Positions 1 through 11,721 of a DNA stretch of 64,000 nucleotides are shown one piece after another. Numbering within the stretch: position 1 is the stretch's first letter; every line of letters starts with the position of its first letter. Source of the stretch: an uncultured delta proteobacterium (GTDB lineage Bacteria; Myxococcota; Myxococcia; Myxococcales; Myxococcaceae); the NCBI GenBank assembly GCA_963776345.1, contig CAVZMH010000016.1, forward strand, positions 672,001 through 736,000, written 5' to 3'. The notes below the pieces were generated by a model, which was not told where the DNA came from, did no database searches, and was given only the letters and a program-made list of their open reading frames with translations. The translations under genes and the position numbers were made by a program.

Positions 1-1
1 C

Positions 2-1222
2 ATGGTGATGATCGCCAACCTCCAGTACGGGTGGACGCTCTTCGTCGGACCGATCGACCAGATGTTCCACTGGGGGAAGAAGGACATCCAGTGGGCCTTC
101 ACGCTCTTCGTGCTCGCCGAGACCTGGCCCGTCCCGTTCGAGGGCGCGATCGTCGACCGCTTTGGCCCTCGGATCGTCGTGCTGGTCGGTGGATTCCTGG
201 TGGGCCTCGCCTGGGTGATGAACTCGATGGTCACCTCCCTCACCGGGCTCTACACCGCGGCGATCATCGGCGGCCTGGGAGCCGGTGCCGTCTACGGCAC
301 GGCGGTGGGCAACTCGCTGAAGTGGTTCACCGACCGGCGAGGGCTCGCGGCGGGCCTCACCGCCGCGGGCTTCGGAATGGGCGCCGCTGCCACGGTCATC
401 CCGATCGCCAACATGATCCAGAACTCCGGTTTCCAGGCGGCGTTCTTCCGTTTCGGGATCTTGCAGGGCGTGGCGGTCATGCTCTGCGCGCTGTTCCTTC
501 GCGCGCCCCGTCCCGGAGAGGTCCCGGCGATCACCCTCACTCCCAAGAACCGCCAGACCGCGCGGGACTACACCTGGCGGGAGGCGCTGAAGACCCCGAT
601 GTTCTGGATCATGTACGCGATGTTCGTGATGGTCGCGACCGGCGGGCTGATGGCCACCGCGCAGGTCGCCCCGATCGCCAAGGACTACAAGGTCGCCAAC
701 ATCCCAGTGTCGCTGCTGGGTCTCACCCTCCCCGCGCTCACCTTCGCGCTCACGATCGATCGGATCCTCAACGGGCTCACCAGACCCTTCTTCGGCTGGG
801 TGTCCGACCACCTCGGGCGCGAGAACACCATGTTCGGCGCCTTCGTCCTGGAAGGCGTGGGGATCTTGCTCCTGATGAAGTTCGGGACGAATCCCGTCCT
901 CTTCGTGATCCTGACCGGGGTGGTGTTCTTCGGGTGGGGCGAGATCTACAGCCTCTTCCCCGCGACATGCGGCGACGTCTTCGGGCGCAAGTACAGCACC
1001 ACGGTCTACGGGATCCTCTACACGGCCAAGGGCACAGCCGGGTTGATCGTGCCGTACACCAGCGTGGTCGCCGAGCGCTCCGGCTGGTCGGGTGTCTTCA
1101 TGGTCGTCGCAGTGCTCAACTTCATCGCCGCTGCGATGGCCATCTTCGTCCTCCGTCCGGTCCGGCACCGCGCGATGAGCGAGGAGCTCATCCCGGACGC
1201 GCTGGGCATCAGCCGCGTCTAG
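2..1222 (+). CDS. oxlT: Oxalate/formate antiporter (MFS, OFA family), probably 5'-truncated by window edge
   Basis: Multi-TM MFS protein with ANLQYGWTLF, KWFTDRRGLAAG, RPFFGWVSDHLGRE and YTAKG motifs typical of OxlT; next to an oxalate-CoA ligase-like gene. Confidence 0.88.
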   Translation: MVMIANLQYGWTLFVGPIDQMFHWGKKDIQWAFTLFVLAETWPVPFEGAIVDRFGPRIVVLVGGFLVGLAWVMNSMVTSLTGLYTAAIIGGLGAGAVYGTAVGNSLKWFTDRRGLAAGLTAAGFGMGAAATVIPIANMIQNSGFQAAFFRFGILQGVAVMLCALFLRAPRPGEVPAITLTPKNRQTARDYTWREALKTPMFWIMYAMFVMVATGGLMATAQVAPIAKDYKVANIPVSLLGLTLPALTFALTIDRILNGLTRPFFGWVSDHLGRENTMFGAFVLEGVGILLLMKFGTNPVLFVILTGVVFFGWGEIYSLFPATCGDVFGRKYSTTVYGILYTAKGTAGLIVPYTSVVAERSGWSGVFMVVAVLNFIAAAMAIFVLRPVRHRAMSEELIPDALGISRV

Positions 1223-1234
1223 GAACACCTCTCC

Positions 1235-2764
1235 ATGCCCCATCCATCGATCGCCGCACTCCTCGAGGCAGGTCCCGCCGACGCCCCGGCCATCGGCGCG
1301 CCGGAGGGGGTGAAGTCACTCTCCTACCGGGACCTCCAGGCGCTGGCCCGCCGCACCGTCGAGACGCTCAACGGCCTCGGCATCGGACGCGGCGACCGGG
1401 TGGCCATCGTCTTGCCCAACGGGCCGGAGATGGCGAGCTCGTTCATCGCCGTCGCGGCGGGCGCGGCCACGGCGCCGCTGAACCCTGCGTACCGGGCCGA
1501 GGAGCTGGAGTTCTACCTCGGCGACCTCAAGGCGAAGGCGCTGGTGCTGGAGGCCGGCGTCGACTCGGCGGCGCGCGCCACGGCGAAGAAGATGTCCATC
1601 CCGGTGCTCGAGCTGACCGCGGACCGCTCCCGCGGCGCGGGCTGGTTCACCCTCGCCACCTCCGGCGCGGCGTCCGGCCGGCCGGCCCGCGAGGGGATGG
1701 GCGAGAAGGACGACACCGCGCTGTTCCTTCACACCTCGGGGACGACGTCGCGGCCCAAGCTGGTCCCGCTGCTCCAGCGGAACCTCCTGGCCAGCGCCGA
1801 GCACATCGGGCGGGCGCTCGCGCTGACGAGGGACGACGTCTGTCTGAACATCATGCCGCTGTTCCACATCCACGGGCTGCTCGCCGCGACGCTGTCCTCG
1901 CTGGCGGCGGGTGGCTCGGTGTCCTGCAGCCCCGGCTTCAACGCGCTCAAGTTCTTCGCCTGGCTCGATGAGGTGAAGCCCACCTGGTACACGGCGGTGC
2001 CGACCATGCACCAGACGATCCTCGCCCGCGCGGACCGGAACCGCGAGGTGATCGCCCGGAGCCGGCTGCGCCTCATCCGCTCGTCGTCGGCCTCGCTGCC
2101 CGCGGCGGTGATGGTGGAGATGGAGAAGGTCTTCGGCGTGCCGGTCATCGAGAGCTACGGGATGACCGAGGCCTCGCACCAGATGGCGTCCAATCCCCTC
2201 CCCCCGCGCCCGCGCAAGCCGGGCTCGGTCGGCGTCGCCTCCGGGCCCGAGGTGGCGATCCTCGACGAGAGCGGCAAGCAGCTCCCGCGCGGCGAGGTGG
2301 GCGAGGTCTGCATCCGCGGGCCCAACGTGACGCCGGGGTACGAGGCGAATCCGGACGCGAACGCGAAAGCGTTCACCAGCGGCTGGTTCCGCACCGGAGA
2401 CCAGGGAACCATCGACGAGGAGGGCTACCTGCGCCTCACCGGGCGGCTGAAGGAGCTCATCAACCGCGGCGGCGAGAAGATCTCCCCGCTGGAGGTCGAC
2501 GAGGTCCTGTCGGCGCACCCGGCCGTCGCGCAGGCCCTGACCTTCGCGCTGCCGCACGACAAGCTCGGTGAGGAGGTGGCCGCGGCGGTGGTGCTGCGGG
2601 AGGGAGCCTCGGCGACGGAGCGCGAGCTGCGCGACTTCTGCGCCCGCCGGCTGGCCGACTTCAAGGTTCCGCGGAAGGTGGTACTCCTGACCGAGATCCC
2701 CAAGGGCGCCACCGGCAAGCTCCAGCGCATCGGACTGGCCCAGAAGCTCGGCCTGGCGTCGTGA
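1235..2764 (+). CDS. Acyl-CoA ligase, probable oxalate-CoA ligase
   Basis: AMP-binding motifs HTSGTTSRPK, YGMTEASHQ, WFRTGD, INRGGEKISP, PKGATGK; WYTAVPTMHQ and RSSSASL resemble the oxalate-CoA ligase subgroup. Confidence 0.85.
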   Translation: MPHPSIAALLEAGPADAPAIGAPEGVKSLSYRDLQALARRTVETLNGLGIGRGDRVAIVLPNGPEMASSFIAVAAGAATAPLNPAYRAEELEFYLGDLKAKALVLEAGVDSAARATAKKMSIPVLELTADRSRGAGWFTLATSGAASGRPAREGMGEKDDTALFLHTSGTTSRPKLVPLLQRNLLASAEHIGRALALTRDDVCLNIMPLFHIHGLLAATLSSLAAGGSVSCSPGFNALKFFAWLDEVKPTWYTAVPTMHQTILARADRNREVIARSRLRLIRSSSASLPAAVMVEMEKVFGVPVIESYGMTEASHQMASNPLPPRPRKPGSVGVASGPEVAILDESGKQLPRGEVGEVCIRGPNVTPGYEANPDANAKAFTSGWFRTGDQGTIDEEGYLRLTGRLKELINRGGEKISPLEVDEVLSAHPAVAQALTFALPHDKLGEEVAAAVVLREGASATERELRDFCARRLADFKVPRKVVLLTEIPKGATGKLQRIGLAQKLGLAS

Positions 2765-3762
2765 AGATCTGCGTCGTCGGCGCCGGAGCGATCGGCGGGC
2801 TGGTCGCGGCGAAGCTGGCCGCGCTCGGGCACGAGATCAGCGTGGTGGTCCGCGGTCCGCACCTGGCGGCGATCCGCGCGCGCGGGCTGACGCTCCAGGC
2901 GGAGGGCACCGAGCGCGTGTTCCAGGTGCGCGCCACGGACAAGATGGCCGAGCTGGGGCAGCAGGACCTGGTGGTCATCGGCCTCAAGGCGCACCAGGTC
3001 GCGGGCGTGGCAGCGGACATCCGCGGGCTGTGCGGACCGGCGACCACGGTGGTGACGGCGCAGAACGGGATCCCCTGGTGGTACTTCTTCAAGACCGGCG
3101 GGCCGTACGAGGGAACCGTGCTCGAGTCGGTGGACCCGGGCGGGGTCATCGCGAAGAACATCGACGTCGACCGGGTGCTGGGGTCGATCATCTACCCGGC
3201 GGCGGACATCGTCTCCCCGGGCGTCATCCGGCACGTCGAGGGCGATCGGCTCTCGCTCGGCGAGGTCGACAACTCCGACACCGAGCGGCTGCGGAGCACC
3301 GCGAAGCTGCTCCGCGACGCCGGCTTCAAGGTCCGCGTCTCGACGGATCTGCGCTCGGAGATCTGGGTGAAGCTGTGGGGCAACAGCACCTTCAACCCCA
3401 TCAGCGCGCTCACCCACGCCACGCTGGTGGACATCTGCCAGTTCCCGCCGACCCGCACCCTCGCCGAGGGGATGATGCGCGAGGCGCAGCAGATCGGCGA
3501 GAAGCTGGGCGTCCGCTTCCCGGTCTCGCTCGAGAAGCGCATCGCCGGCGCCGAGGCCGTGGGGAAGCACAAGACCTCGATGCTCCAGGACGTGGAGACC
3601 GGCCGGCCGCTGGAGCTCGACGCGCTCGTCGGCTCCGTCCTCGAGCTGGGGCGGATCACCGGTGTCCCGGCCGTGCATCTCACGGCAATTCACGCCTGCG
3701 TGGCGCTCCTGGCGAAGACGCTGCGGGAGTCCGCAGGGCGGCTCAAGATCACCAGCGGCTGA
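2761..3762 (+). CDS. panE: Ketopantoate reductase family protein (PanE2-like, possible oxalyl-CoA reductase)
   Basis: GAGAIGG Rossmann motif, QNGIPWW, WVKLWGN, KTSMLQD; GTGA overlap with upstream ligase. Confidence 0.85.
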   Translation: MKICVVGAGAIGGLVAAKLAALGHEISVVVRGPHLAAIRARGLTLQAEGTERVFQVRATDKMAELGQQDLVVIGLKAHQVAGVAADIRGLCGPATTVVTAQNGIPWWYFFKTGGPYEGTVLESVDPGGVIAKNIDVDRVLGSIIYPAADIVSPGVIRHVEGDRLSLGEVDNSDTERLRSTAKLLRDAGFKVRVSTDLRSEIWVKLWGNSTFNPISALTHATLVDICQFPPTRTLAEGMMREAQQIGEKLGVRFPVSLEKRIAGAEAVGKHKTSMLQDVETGRPLELDALVGSVLELGRITGVPAVHLTAIHACVALLAKTLRESAGRLKITSG

Positions 3763-3908
3763 GCGACCGACGGGACGGCTCGCCTCAGCGGTAGGCAGCA
3801 TGAGCGCAGGCCGCGGTTAGTCGGCGACCCTGCCTTGGCACCCTGCCATCCCTGCACTGTTCCGGGGGTCGCTGGGCACGTCAAGGATGCGCGGCGGATG
3901 GCCGGCGC

Positions 3909-4268
3909 TCAACCCTCGCCCGCGTCGGCGCGCTTCACCTTCGGCGACTCGAAGTGCCCCTTGAGCCGGAGCCGCTCCACCGGCTTCCCGCCGATGACGT
4001 GCGACTGGAGGATCTCATCCACGTCCTCGACCTTGACCCGGCCGTACCAGACCCCGTCGGGGTAGATGACCACGGTCACGCCGAAGGCGCAGGCGTCCAT
4101 GCACCCGGCCTGGTTGGCGCGGACCTCCCCCTTCAACCCGAGCTTCACCACCTGCTCCTTGAAGCGGGCGAGCACCGCCTCGCTGCCCTTCTCGCCGCAC
4201 GACCCCTTGGGATCGCCGTCCGGCCGGCGGTTGGTACAGGTGAAGATGTGGAGTCGAAAGGGAGGCAC
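3909..4268 (-). CDS. Thioredoxin-like [2Fe-2S] ferredoxin
   Basis: HIFTCTN..C..GCMDAC..VIYPDGVWY..H..GGKPVERL pattern. Confidence 0.9.
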   Translation of the reverse strand: MPPFRLHIFTCTNRRPDGDPKGSCGEKGSEAVLARFKEQVVKLGLKGEVRANQAGCMDACAFGVTVVIYPDGVWYGRVKVEDVDEILQSHVIGGKPVERLRLKGHFESPKVKRADAGEG

Positions 4269-4367
4269 GCCGCACGCTCTAACACCGTGCCGCTCGCGGC
4301 GTCAGCGGCCCGGCACGGCAGCTTTCTCCTGGGCGGCCGTCCGTCGTCTCGGGCACGCTGTGGGGCG

Positions 4368-5804
4368 ATGGACGCACTGCCCGAGACACTCCGCTCCGCC
4401 TACGACCCCGAGCGCTTCCGCCGCGACGGCCACGCGCTCGTCGACCAGCTGGCCGACTACCTCCGCGCCGCGACCGCCGGCACCCTCCCAGTCCTCCCCT
4501 GGGTCGAGCCCGAGACCGCGCTCGGCCGGTGGCCCGACACGCTGCCCGAGCAGCCCGGCCCCTCGCTGGCCGAATTCATGACCCGGGTGCTCGCCGAGTC
4601 CAACCACCTCCACCATCCGAGGTACGTGGGGCACCAGGTCACCGCGCCGCTGCCCTCCTCGGCGCTGGTCCACCTCGTCTCGGCGCTCCTGAACAACGGC
4701 ACCGCGGTCTACGAGATGGGCCCGGTGTCCTCGCCCCTCGAGCGACGGGCGCTCACCTGGATGGCGCAGAAGGCGGGCCTCCCGGCCGGCGCCGACGGGG
4801 TGCTGACCTCGGGCGGCTCGCTGGGGAACCTGACCGCTCTGCTCGCCGCGCGGCAGGCCGTCACCGGACGCGACGTCTGGGACGAGGGGCTCGCCGGCGG
4901 GCGTCCGCTGGCCATCCTCGCCCCGGACGAGACCCACTACTGCATCCGGCGCGCGGCGCAGATCCTCGGCCTCGGCAAGGGCGGCATCGTCCCCATCCCG
5001 GTGGACGACCGGTTCCGGCTACGCCCCGAGGCTCTGCCCGACGCCTTCGCCGCCGCCGAGCGGGCCGGTCGGCAGGTCTTCGCGGTGGTGGCCAGCGCGG
5101 GCTCCACCTCGACCGGGGCGTTCGACCCGCTCGAGCCGGTGGCCGAGTTCTGCCGGGCGCGCGGCCTCTGGTTCCACGTGGACGGAGCCCACGGCGCCTC
5201 GGCGGTGCTCTCCCCGAAGTACGCCAGCCTCGCCGCCGGGATCGGCCGGGCGGACTCGCTGGTCTGGGACGCGCACAAGATGATGCTGGTCCCGGCGCTC
5301 CTGACGGCGGTGCTCTTCCGCGACGCCCGGAGCTCGTACCAGGCCTTCTCCCAGCGGGCCGACTACCTGTTCCGCGAGCACGCCGAGGGGGAGTGGTGGA
5401 CCTCCGGGCTCCGCACCGTCGAGTGCACCAAGCGGATGATGGGCGTCGAGCTGTGGGGCGCCCTGGCCATGCACGGGACCCGGATGTTCTCCGAGTACGT
5501 GACCCGGATGTTCGACCTGGGGCGCACCTTCGCGGCGATGATCGAGGACGCGGACGACTTCGAGCTGGCGGTGGAGCCGGACTGCAACATCGTCTGCTTC
5601 CGTCACGTCCCCGGGGACTTCGAGGAGCTCGATGCGCACCAGGACGCCGTGCGCGCGCGACTGCTGGCCGAGGGCAGCTTCTACCTGGTCCGGACGCGGC
5701 TGCGCGGCCGGGTCTACCTCCGGGTCACGCTCATCAATCCGCTGACCTCCGAGCACGATCTCGAGGAGCTCCTCGTGGCGATCCGCCGGGTCGCGCCGGC
5801 CTGA
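4368..5804 (+). CDS. Group II PLP-dependent amino-acid decarboxylase
   Basis: HHPRYVGHQ, LTSGGSLGN, HVDGAHG, WDAHK (PLP lysine); start set at ATG 4368 inside ORF 3954..5804. Confidence 0.88.
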   Translation: MDALPETLRSAYDPERFRRDGHALVDQLADYLRAATAGTLPVLPWVEPETALGRWPDTLPEQPGPSLAEFMTRVLAESNHLHHPRYVGHQVTAPLPSSALVHLVSALLNNGTAVYEMGPVSSPLERRALTWMAQKAGLPAGADGVLTSGGSLGNLTALLAARQAVTGRDVWDEGLAGGRPLAILAPDETHYCIRRAAQILGLGKGGIVPIPVDDRFRLRPEALPDAFAAAERAGRQVFAVVASAGSTSTGAFDPLEPVAEFCRARGLWFHVDGAHGASAVLSPKYASLAAGIGRADSLVWDAHKMMLVPALLTAVLFRDARSSYQAFSQRADYLFREHAEGEWWTSGLRTVECTKRMMGVELWGALAMHGTRMFSEYVTRMFDLGRTFAAMIEDADDFELAVEPDCNIVCFRHVPGDFEELDAHQDAVRARLLAEGSFYLVRTRLRGRVYLRVTLINPLTSEHDLEELLVAIRRVAPA

Positions 5805-5935
5805 ACGGGTCGAGCCCGGCGTCCTCCGAGGAGTCCGTGCCGCCGCCGGGCGCAGCGTCCCGATCCTGGGAATGCGGGAACGTGCTCGACCGCGCTAGAC
5901 CTCCCGAACCCTGGGCCGCAATGCCGCCAGGGGGC

Positions 5936-5951
5936 GGGCGTGGCTCTTGCA
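5936..5951 (+). promoter_or_regulatory. Possible sigma-54 (-24/-12) promoter
   Basis: GGGCGT-GGCTC-TTGCA, exact GG-N10-GC spacing, about 28 nt before the ATG at 5979. Confidence 0.35.
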
Positions 5952-5978
5952 CAAATGCCCGACACGGAGGAGCGCGGC

Positions 5979-8468
5979 ATGGGCCAGAAGGCAGCTCGGA
6001 GCGGAGACGCGAACAGGCCCGTGCCCGGCGCCGTCCTCTCCGGTCTGGGTCGCGACGTCGGATACGCGCTCCGGCAGCTGCAGCGCGCGCCCGGGTTCAC
6101 CGCGGCGGCCGCGGCCACGCTGGCCCTGGGCATCGGCGCGACCAGCGCCATCTTCAGCCTGGTCTGGGCGGTGGTGCTCAAGCCGCTCCCGGGGGTGGAC
6201 CCCGAGCGAACGGTGACCGTCGAGTCCATCTTCAACGGCCAGCCGGGAGGCGTCTCCGCCGGAAACTTCGCCGACTGGCGAGCGCGCGCGACGCAGCTCG
6301 ACCGCCTCGCCGCGGTGGACGGCGCGAGCTTCAACCTGAGCGAGGCGGGGCCCCCCGAGCGCGTCTCGGCCTCCCGGGTCTCGTCCGGCTTCTTCGACGT
6401 CTTCCGGACCGCGCCGCGCCTGGGGCGAACGTTCGCCGCCGCCGAGGACGCGCCGGGGCAGGACCGGGTGGTGGTCCTCGGCGAGGGGCTCTGGCGACGG
6501 CGGTTCGGCGGAGATCCGGGCGTGCTCGGGCGCGGCATCCGCCTGGGCGGCGAGTCGTACACCGTCGTCGGGGTGATGCCGGCCGGGTTCGATCCGCTCC
6601 TGGATCACGCCCAGCTCTGGGTCCCGCTCGCCCTGACGCTGGAGCAGCGCGCCACCCACGACGAGCACTACCTCCAGGTGTTTGGAACCTTGCGCGCCGG
6701 CGCCACGCGGGCCCGGGCGCAGGCCGAGATGGAGTCGATCAGCCGGGAGCTGACGCGGGAGTATCCGCAGAACAACTTCGGGCGCACCGCGCGCGTGACG
6801 CCGGTGGGCGCCTTCCTCGTCGGCGACACCGCCCAGCAGCTCTGGGTCCTCCTCGGGGCCGTGCTGCTGGTCCTGGTGATCGCCTGCCTCAACGTGGGCA
6901 ACCTCCTGCTGGCCAGGGGGACGGCACGGACCAGAGAGCTCGCGGTCCGAGCCGCCCTGGGCGCCGGAGGCCGTCGCATCGTTCGACAGCTGCTGACCGA
7001 GAGCGTGGTCCTGGGGCTCCTCGGCGGGGTCCTCGGGGTGATCCTCGCGGCGCTCCTCGTTCAGGCGCTCCGCGCCTCGGCGCCCCCGGACGTTCCCCGG
7101 CTGGGCGAGGCGGCGCTGGACGGAGTCGTGCTCGCCTTCGCCCTGGTCCTCACCCTCGGGAGCAGCCTGCTCTTCGGCGTGGTCCCGGCACTCCGCGCCG
7201 CGAGGACGGACCTCCACGGGGCGCTGCAACGCGCGGCGGCGGCCCAGTCCGGCGGAGGACGCGACCGGCTCCGGGGCGGGCTCATCGTGGTCGAGGTGGC
7301 GCTGGCCTCCACCCTCCTGGTGGGGGCGGGCCTCCTGGTGCGGACGGCGCTCTACCTCGGAACGGTGGAGCCCGGATTCCGCGCGCACGGGCTCCTCAGC
7401 GCGCGGCTCTCGCTCCCGCGCGGGCTCCATGACGGGCCGGAGGCCGTGGGCGCCGCCTTCTCGCGGGTCGTCGACTCGCTCCACGCGATGCCCGGGGTGG
7501 AAGCCGCCGCGGTGGTGACGCAGATCCCGCTCGGGTCCGGCCAGTCGAGCAACGGGCTCATCCCGGAGGGCAAGTCGTTCGACCCCGGGAACCGCATCGA
7601 CTCCCTGCTGAGAGTGACGACCCCCGGCTATCTCCAGGCGATGGGGCTCCGCCTGCTCCAGGGGCGCTTCATCACCTCGACCGACGTGGCCGGCTCCGAG
7701 CGGGTGATGGTCATCTCCCGCGCCCTGGCCCGGGCCGCCTTCCCGGGCCAGGACCCCATCGGCAAGCGCATCGACTGCTGCGAGGGGGGGCCGACGCACA
7801 TCGTCTGGAAGACCGTGGTGGGCGTCGTGGAGGACGTGCGCTCCGAAGGCCCCGCGGGCCAGGTCTACCCGGAGTTCTACCTGCCCCTCACGCAGGCCCC
7901 GCCCGAGTCGTGGCGCTGGAACCAGCAGTCGATGAGCCTGGTGGCGCGGAGCCGGGAGGGCGACGCCAGCCGGCTCGTCCCGGTGATGCGCGCCGCCGTC
8001 GCCCAGTTGGACCCGTCGCTACCGCTCTACGACGTGGCCACGATGGAGACGCGGCTCCACGACTCGACCGCGGTGTACCGGTTGCTGCTCCGGCTGCTCG
8101 GCGCGCTGGGCGTCAGCGGGCTGCTGCTCGCCGCGATCGGAGTCTACGGAGTGGTGGCCTACGCCGTGGCGCAGCGCCGGCGGGAGATCGGCATCCGGAT
8201 GGCGCTCGGAGCCACCGCGCGCGAGGTGCTGGGGCTGACCGCCCGGACGGGCCTCGGTCCGGTCGCGGTGGGGCTCGGGCTCGGGCTCCTGCTCTCGGTG
8301 GGGCTCGGGCGTGCGCTCGCGGGCGTCGTCCGCGGGGTCGGGACCACCGACCTGCTCACGCTCGGGTGCGTCGCCGTCCTGCTCCTCGCCGCCTCGGTCA
8401 CGGCCGTGGTCGTGCCGTCCCGGCGCGCCGCGCGCGTGCAGCCGCTCGAGGCGCTCGCCTCGGACTGA
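5979..8468 (+). CDS. ADOP-type duplicated MacB/FtsX ABC permease
   Basis: DVGYALRQLQRAPGF, TLALGIGATSAIFS, LVIACLNVGNLLLAR, ELAVRAALGAG, RREIGIRMALGA, P..ALASD; GGAGG RBS at 5966-5970. Confidence 0.9.
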   Translation: MGQKAARSGDANRPVPGAVLSGLGRDVGYALRQLQRAPGFTAAAAATLALGIGATSAIFSLVWAVVLKPLPGVDPERTVTVESIFNGQPGGVSAGNFADWRARATQLDRLAAVDGASFNLSEAGPPERVSASRVSSGFFDVFRTAPRLGRTFAAAEDAPGQDRVVVLGEGLWRRRFGGDPGVLGRGIRLGGESYTVVGVMPAGFDPLLDHAQLWVPLALTLEQRATHDEHYLQVFGTLRAGATRARAQAEMESISRELTREYPQNNFGRTARVTPVGAFLVGDTAQQLWVLLGAVLLVLVIACLNVGNLLLARGTARTRELAVRAALGAGGRRIVRQLLTESVVLGLLGGVLGVILAALLVQALRASAPPDVPRLGEAALDGVVLAFALVLTLGSSLLFGVVPALRAARTDLHGALQRAAAAQSGGGRDRLRGGLIVVEVALASTLLVGAGLLVRTALYLGTVEPGFRAHGLLSARLSLPRGLHDGPEAVGAAFSRVVDSLHAMPGVEAAAVVTQIPLGSGQSSNGLIPEGKSFDPGNRIDSLLRVTTPGYLQAMGLRLLQGRFITSTDVAGSERVMVISRALARAAFPGQDPIGKRIDCCEGGPTHIVWKTVVGVVEDVRSEGPAGQVYPEFYLPLTQAPPESWRWNQQSMSLVARSREGDASRLVPVMRAAVAQLDPSLPLYDVATMETRLHDSTAVYRLLLRLLGALGVSGLLLAAIGVYGVVAYAVAQRRREIGIRMALGATAREVLGLTARTGLGPVAVGLGLGLLLSVGLGRALAGVVRGVGTTDLLTLGCVAVLLLAASVTAVVVPSRRAARVQPLEALASD

Positions 8469-8625
8469 CGCTCCGGGACCGGCCGCTCGAGAGCCCGTGT
8501 GACCGGCGCCGGCGGCGTGTCAGACCCCCGCGCGATGTTCGATCCCCTGCTTCCGGATCCCCGGAGGCCGGTGAAGCTCGACGAGGTCACGCCATGGCCG
8601 TGCAGCGCAGGGGAGACACGGTGCA

Positions 8626-8673
8626 CCTCAATCTATTGAGCGTCGGCGTAACGAGCCCCCCTACAGGTTGAGC
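8626..8673 (+). promoter_or_regulatory. Tandem NrdR boxes upstream of nrdJ
   Basis: cctCAATCTATTGagc (8626-8641) and cccCTACAGGTTGagc (8658-8673) fit the CwAtATaTwG core, 32 bp apart. Confidence 0.75.
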
Positions 8674-8691
8674 TTTCTGGCGGTCAGGCGC

Positions 8692-8720
8692 TTGACAGCC
8701 TGCCCGCTCCGCGGTTTCAT
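8692..8720 (+). promoter_or_regulatory. Putative sigma-70-type promoter of nrdJ
   Basis: Perfect TTGACA, 17-nt spacer, weak -10 TTTCAT. Confidence 0.45.
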
Positions 8721-8882
8721 CCATTTCACGCACGGCGGCGCCTCGAAGCGCTGAAAAAGAGAACGAGAAGTCGGTCTCGCCGCCGGTCCTGTTCCCCCAC
8801 ATTCCGCACTGCCTCCGGGCGTCCCGTCGCGGGCGATCGGCCGGATCCGTGCGCCCAGAACCGTTAGATTTCAGGAGAGTCC

Positions 8883-11672
<2,790 letters not shown>

Positions 11673-11721
11673 ACCGAGAGCGCTGCCGGCACGCCCCGGC
11701 ATGGAGTAGGAGGCCGGTCCG

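Noticed and set aside
5808..5891. tRNA-like cloverleaf
   Set aside because: No TTC T-loop, D-loop or proper arm lengths
8536..8640. 34-codon ORF MFDPLLPDPRR upstream of nrdJ
   Set aside because: No RBS, runs into the NrdR box, no supporting features
8700..8882. Cobalamin riboswitch before nrdJ
   Set aside because: No B12-box or GGGAA/GCCACTG core visible
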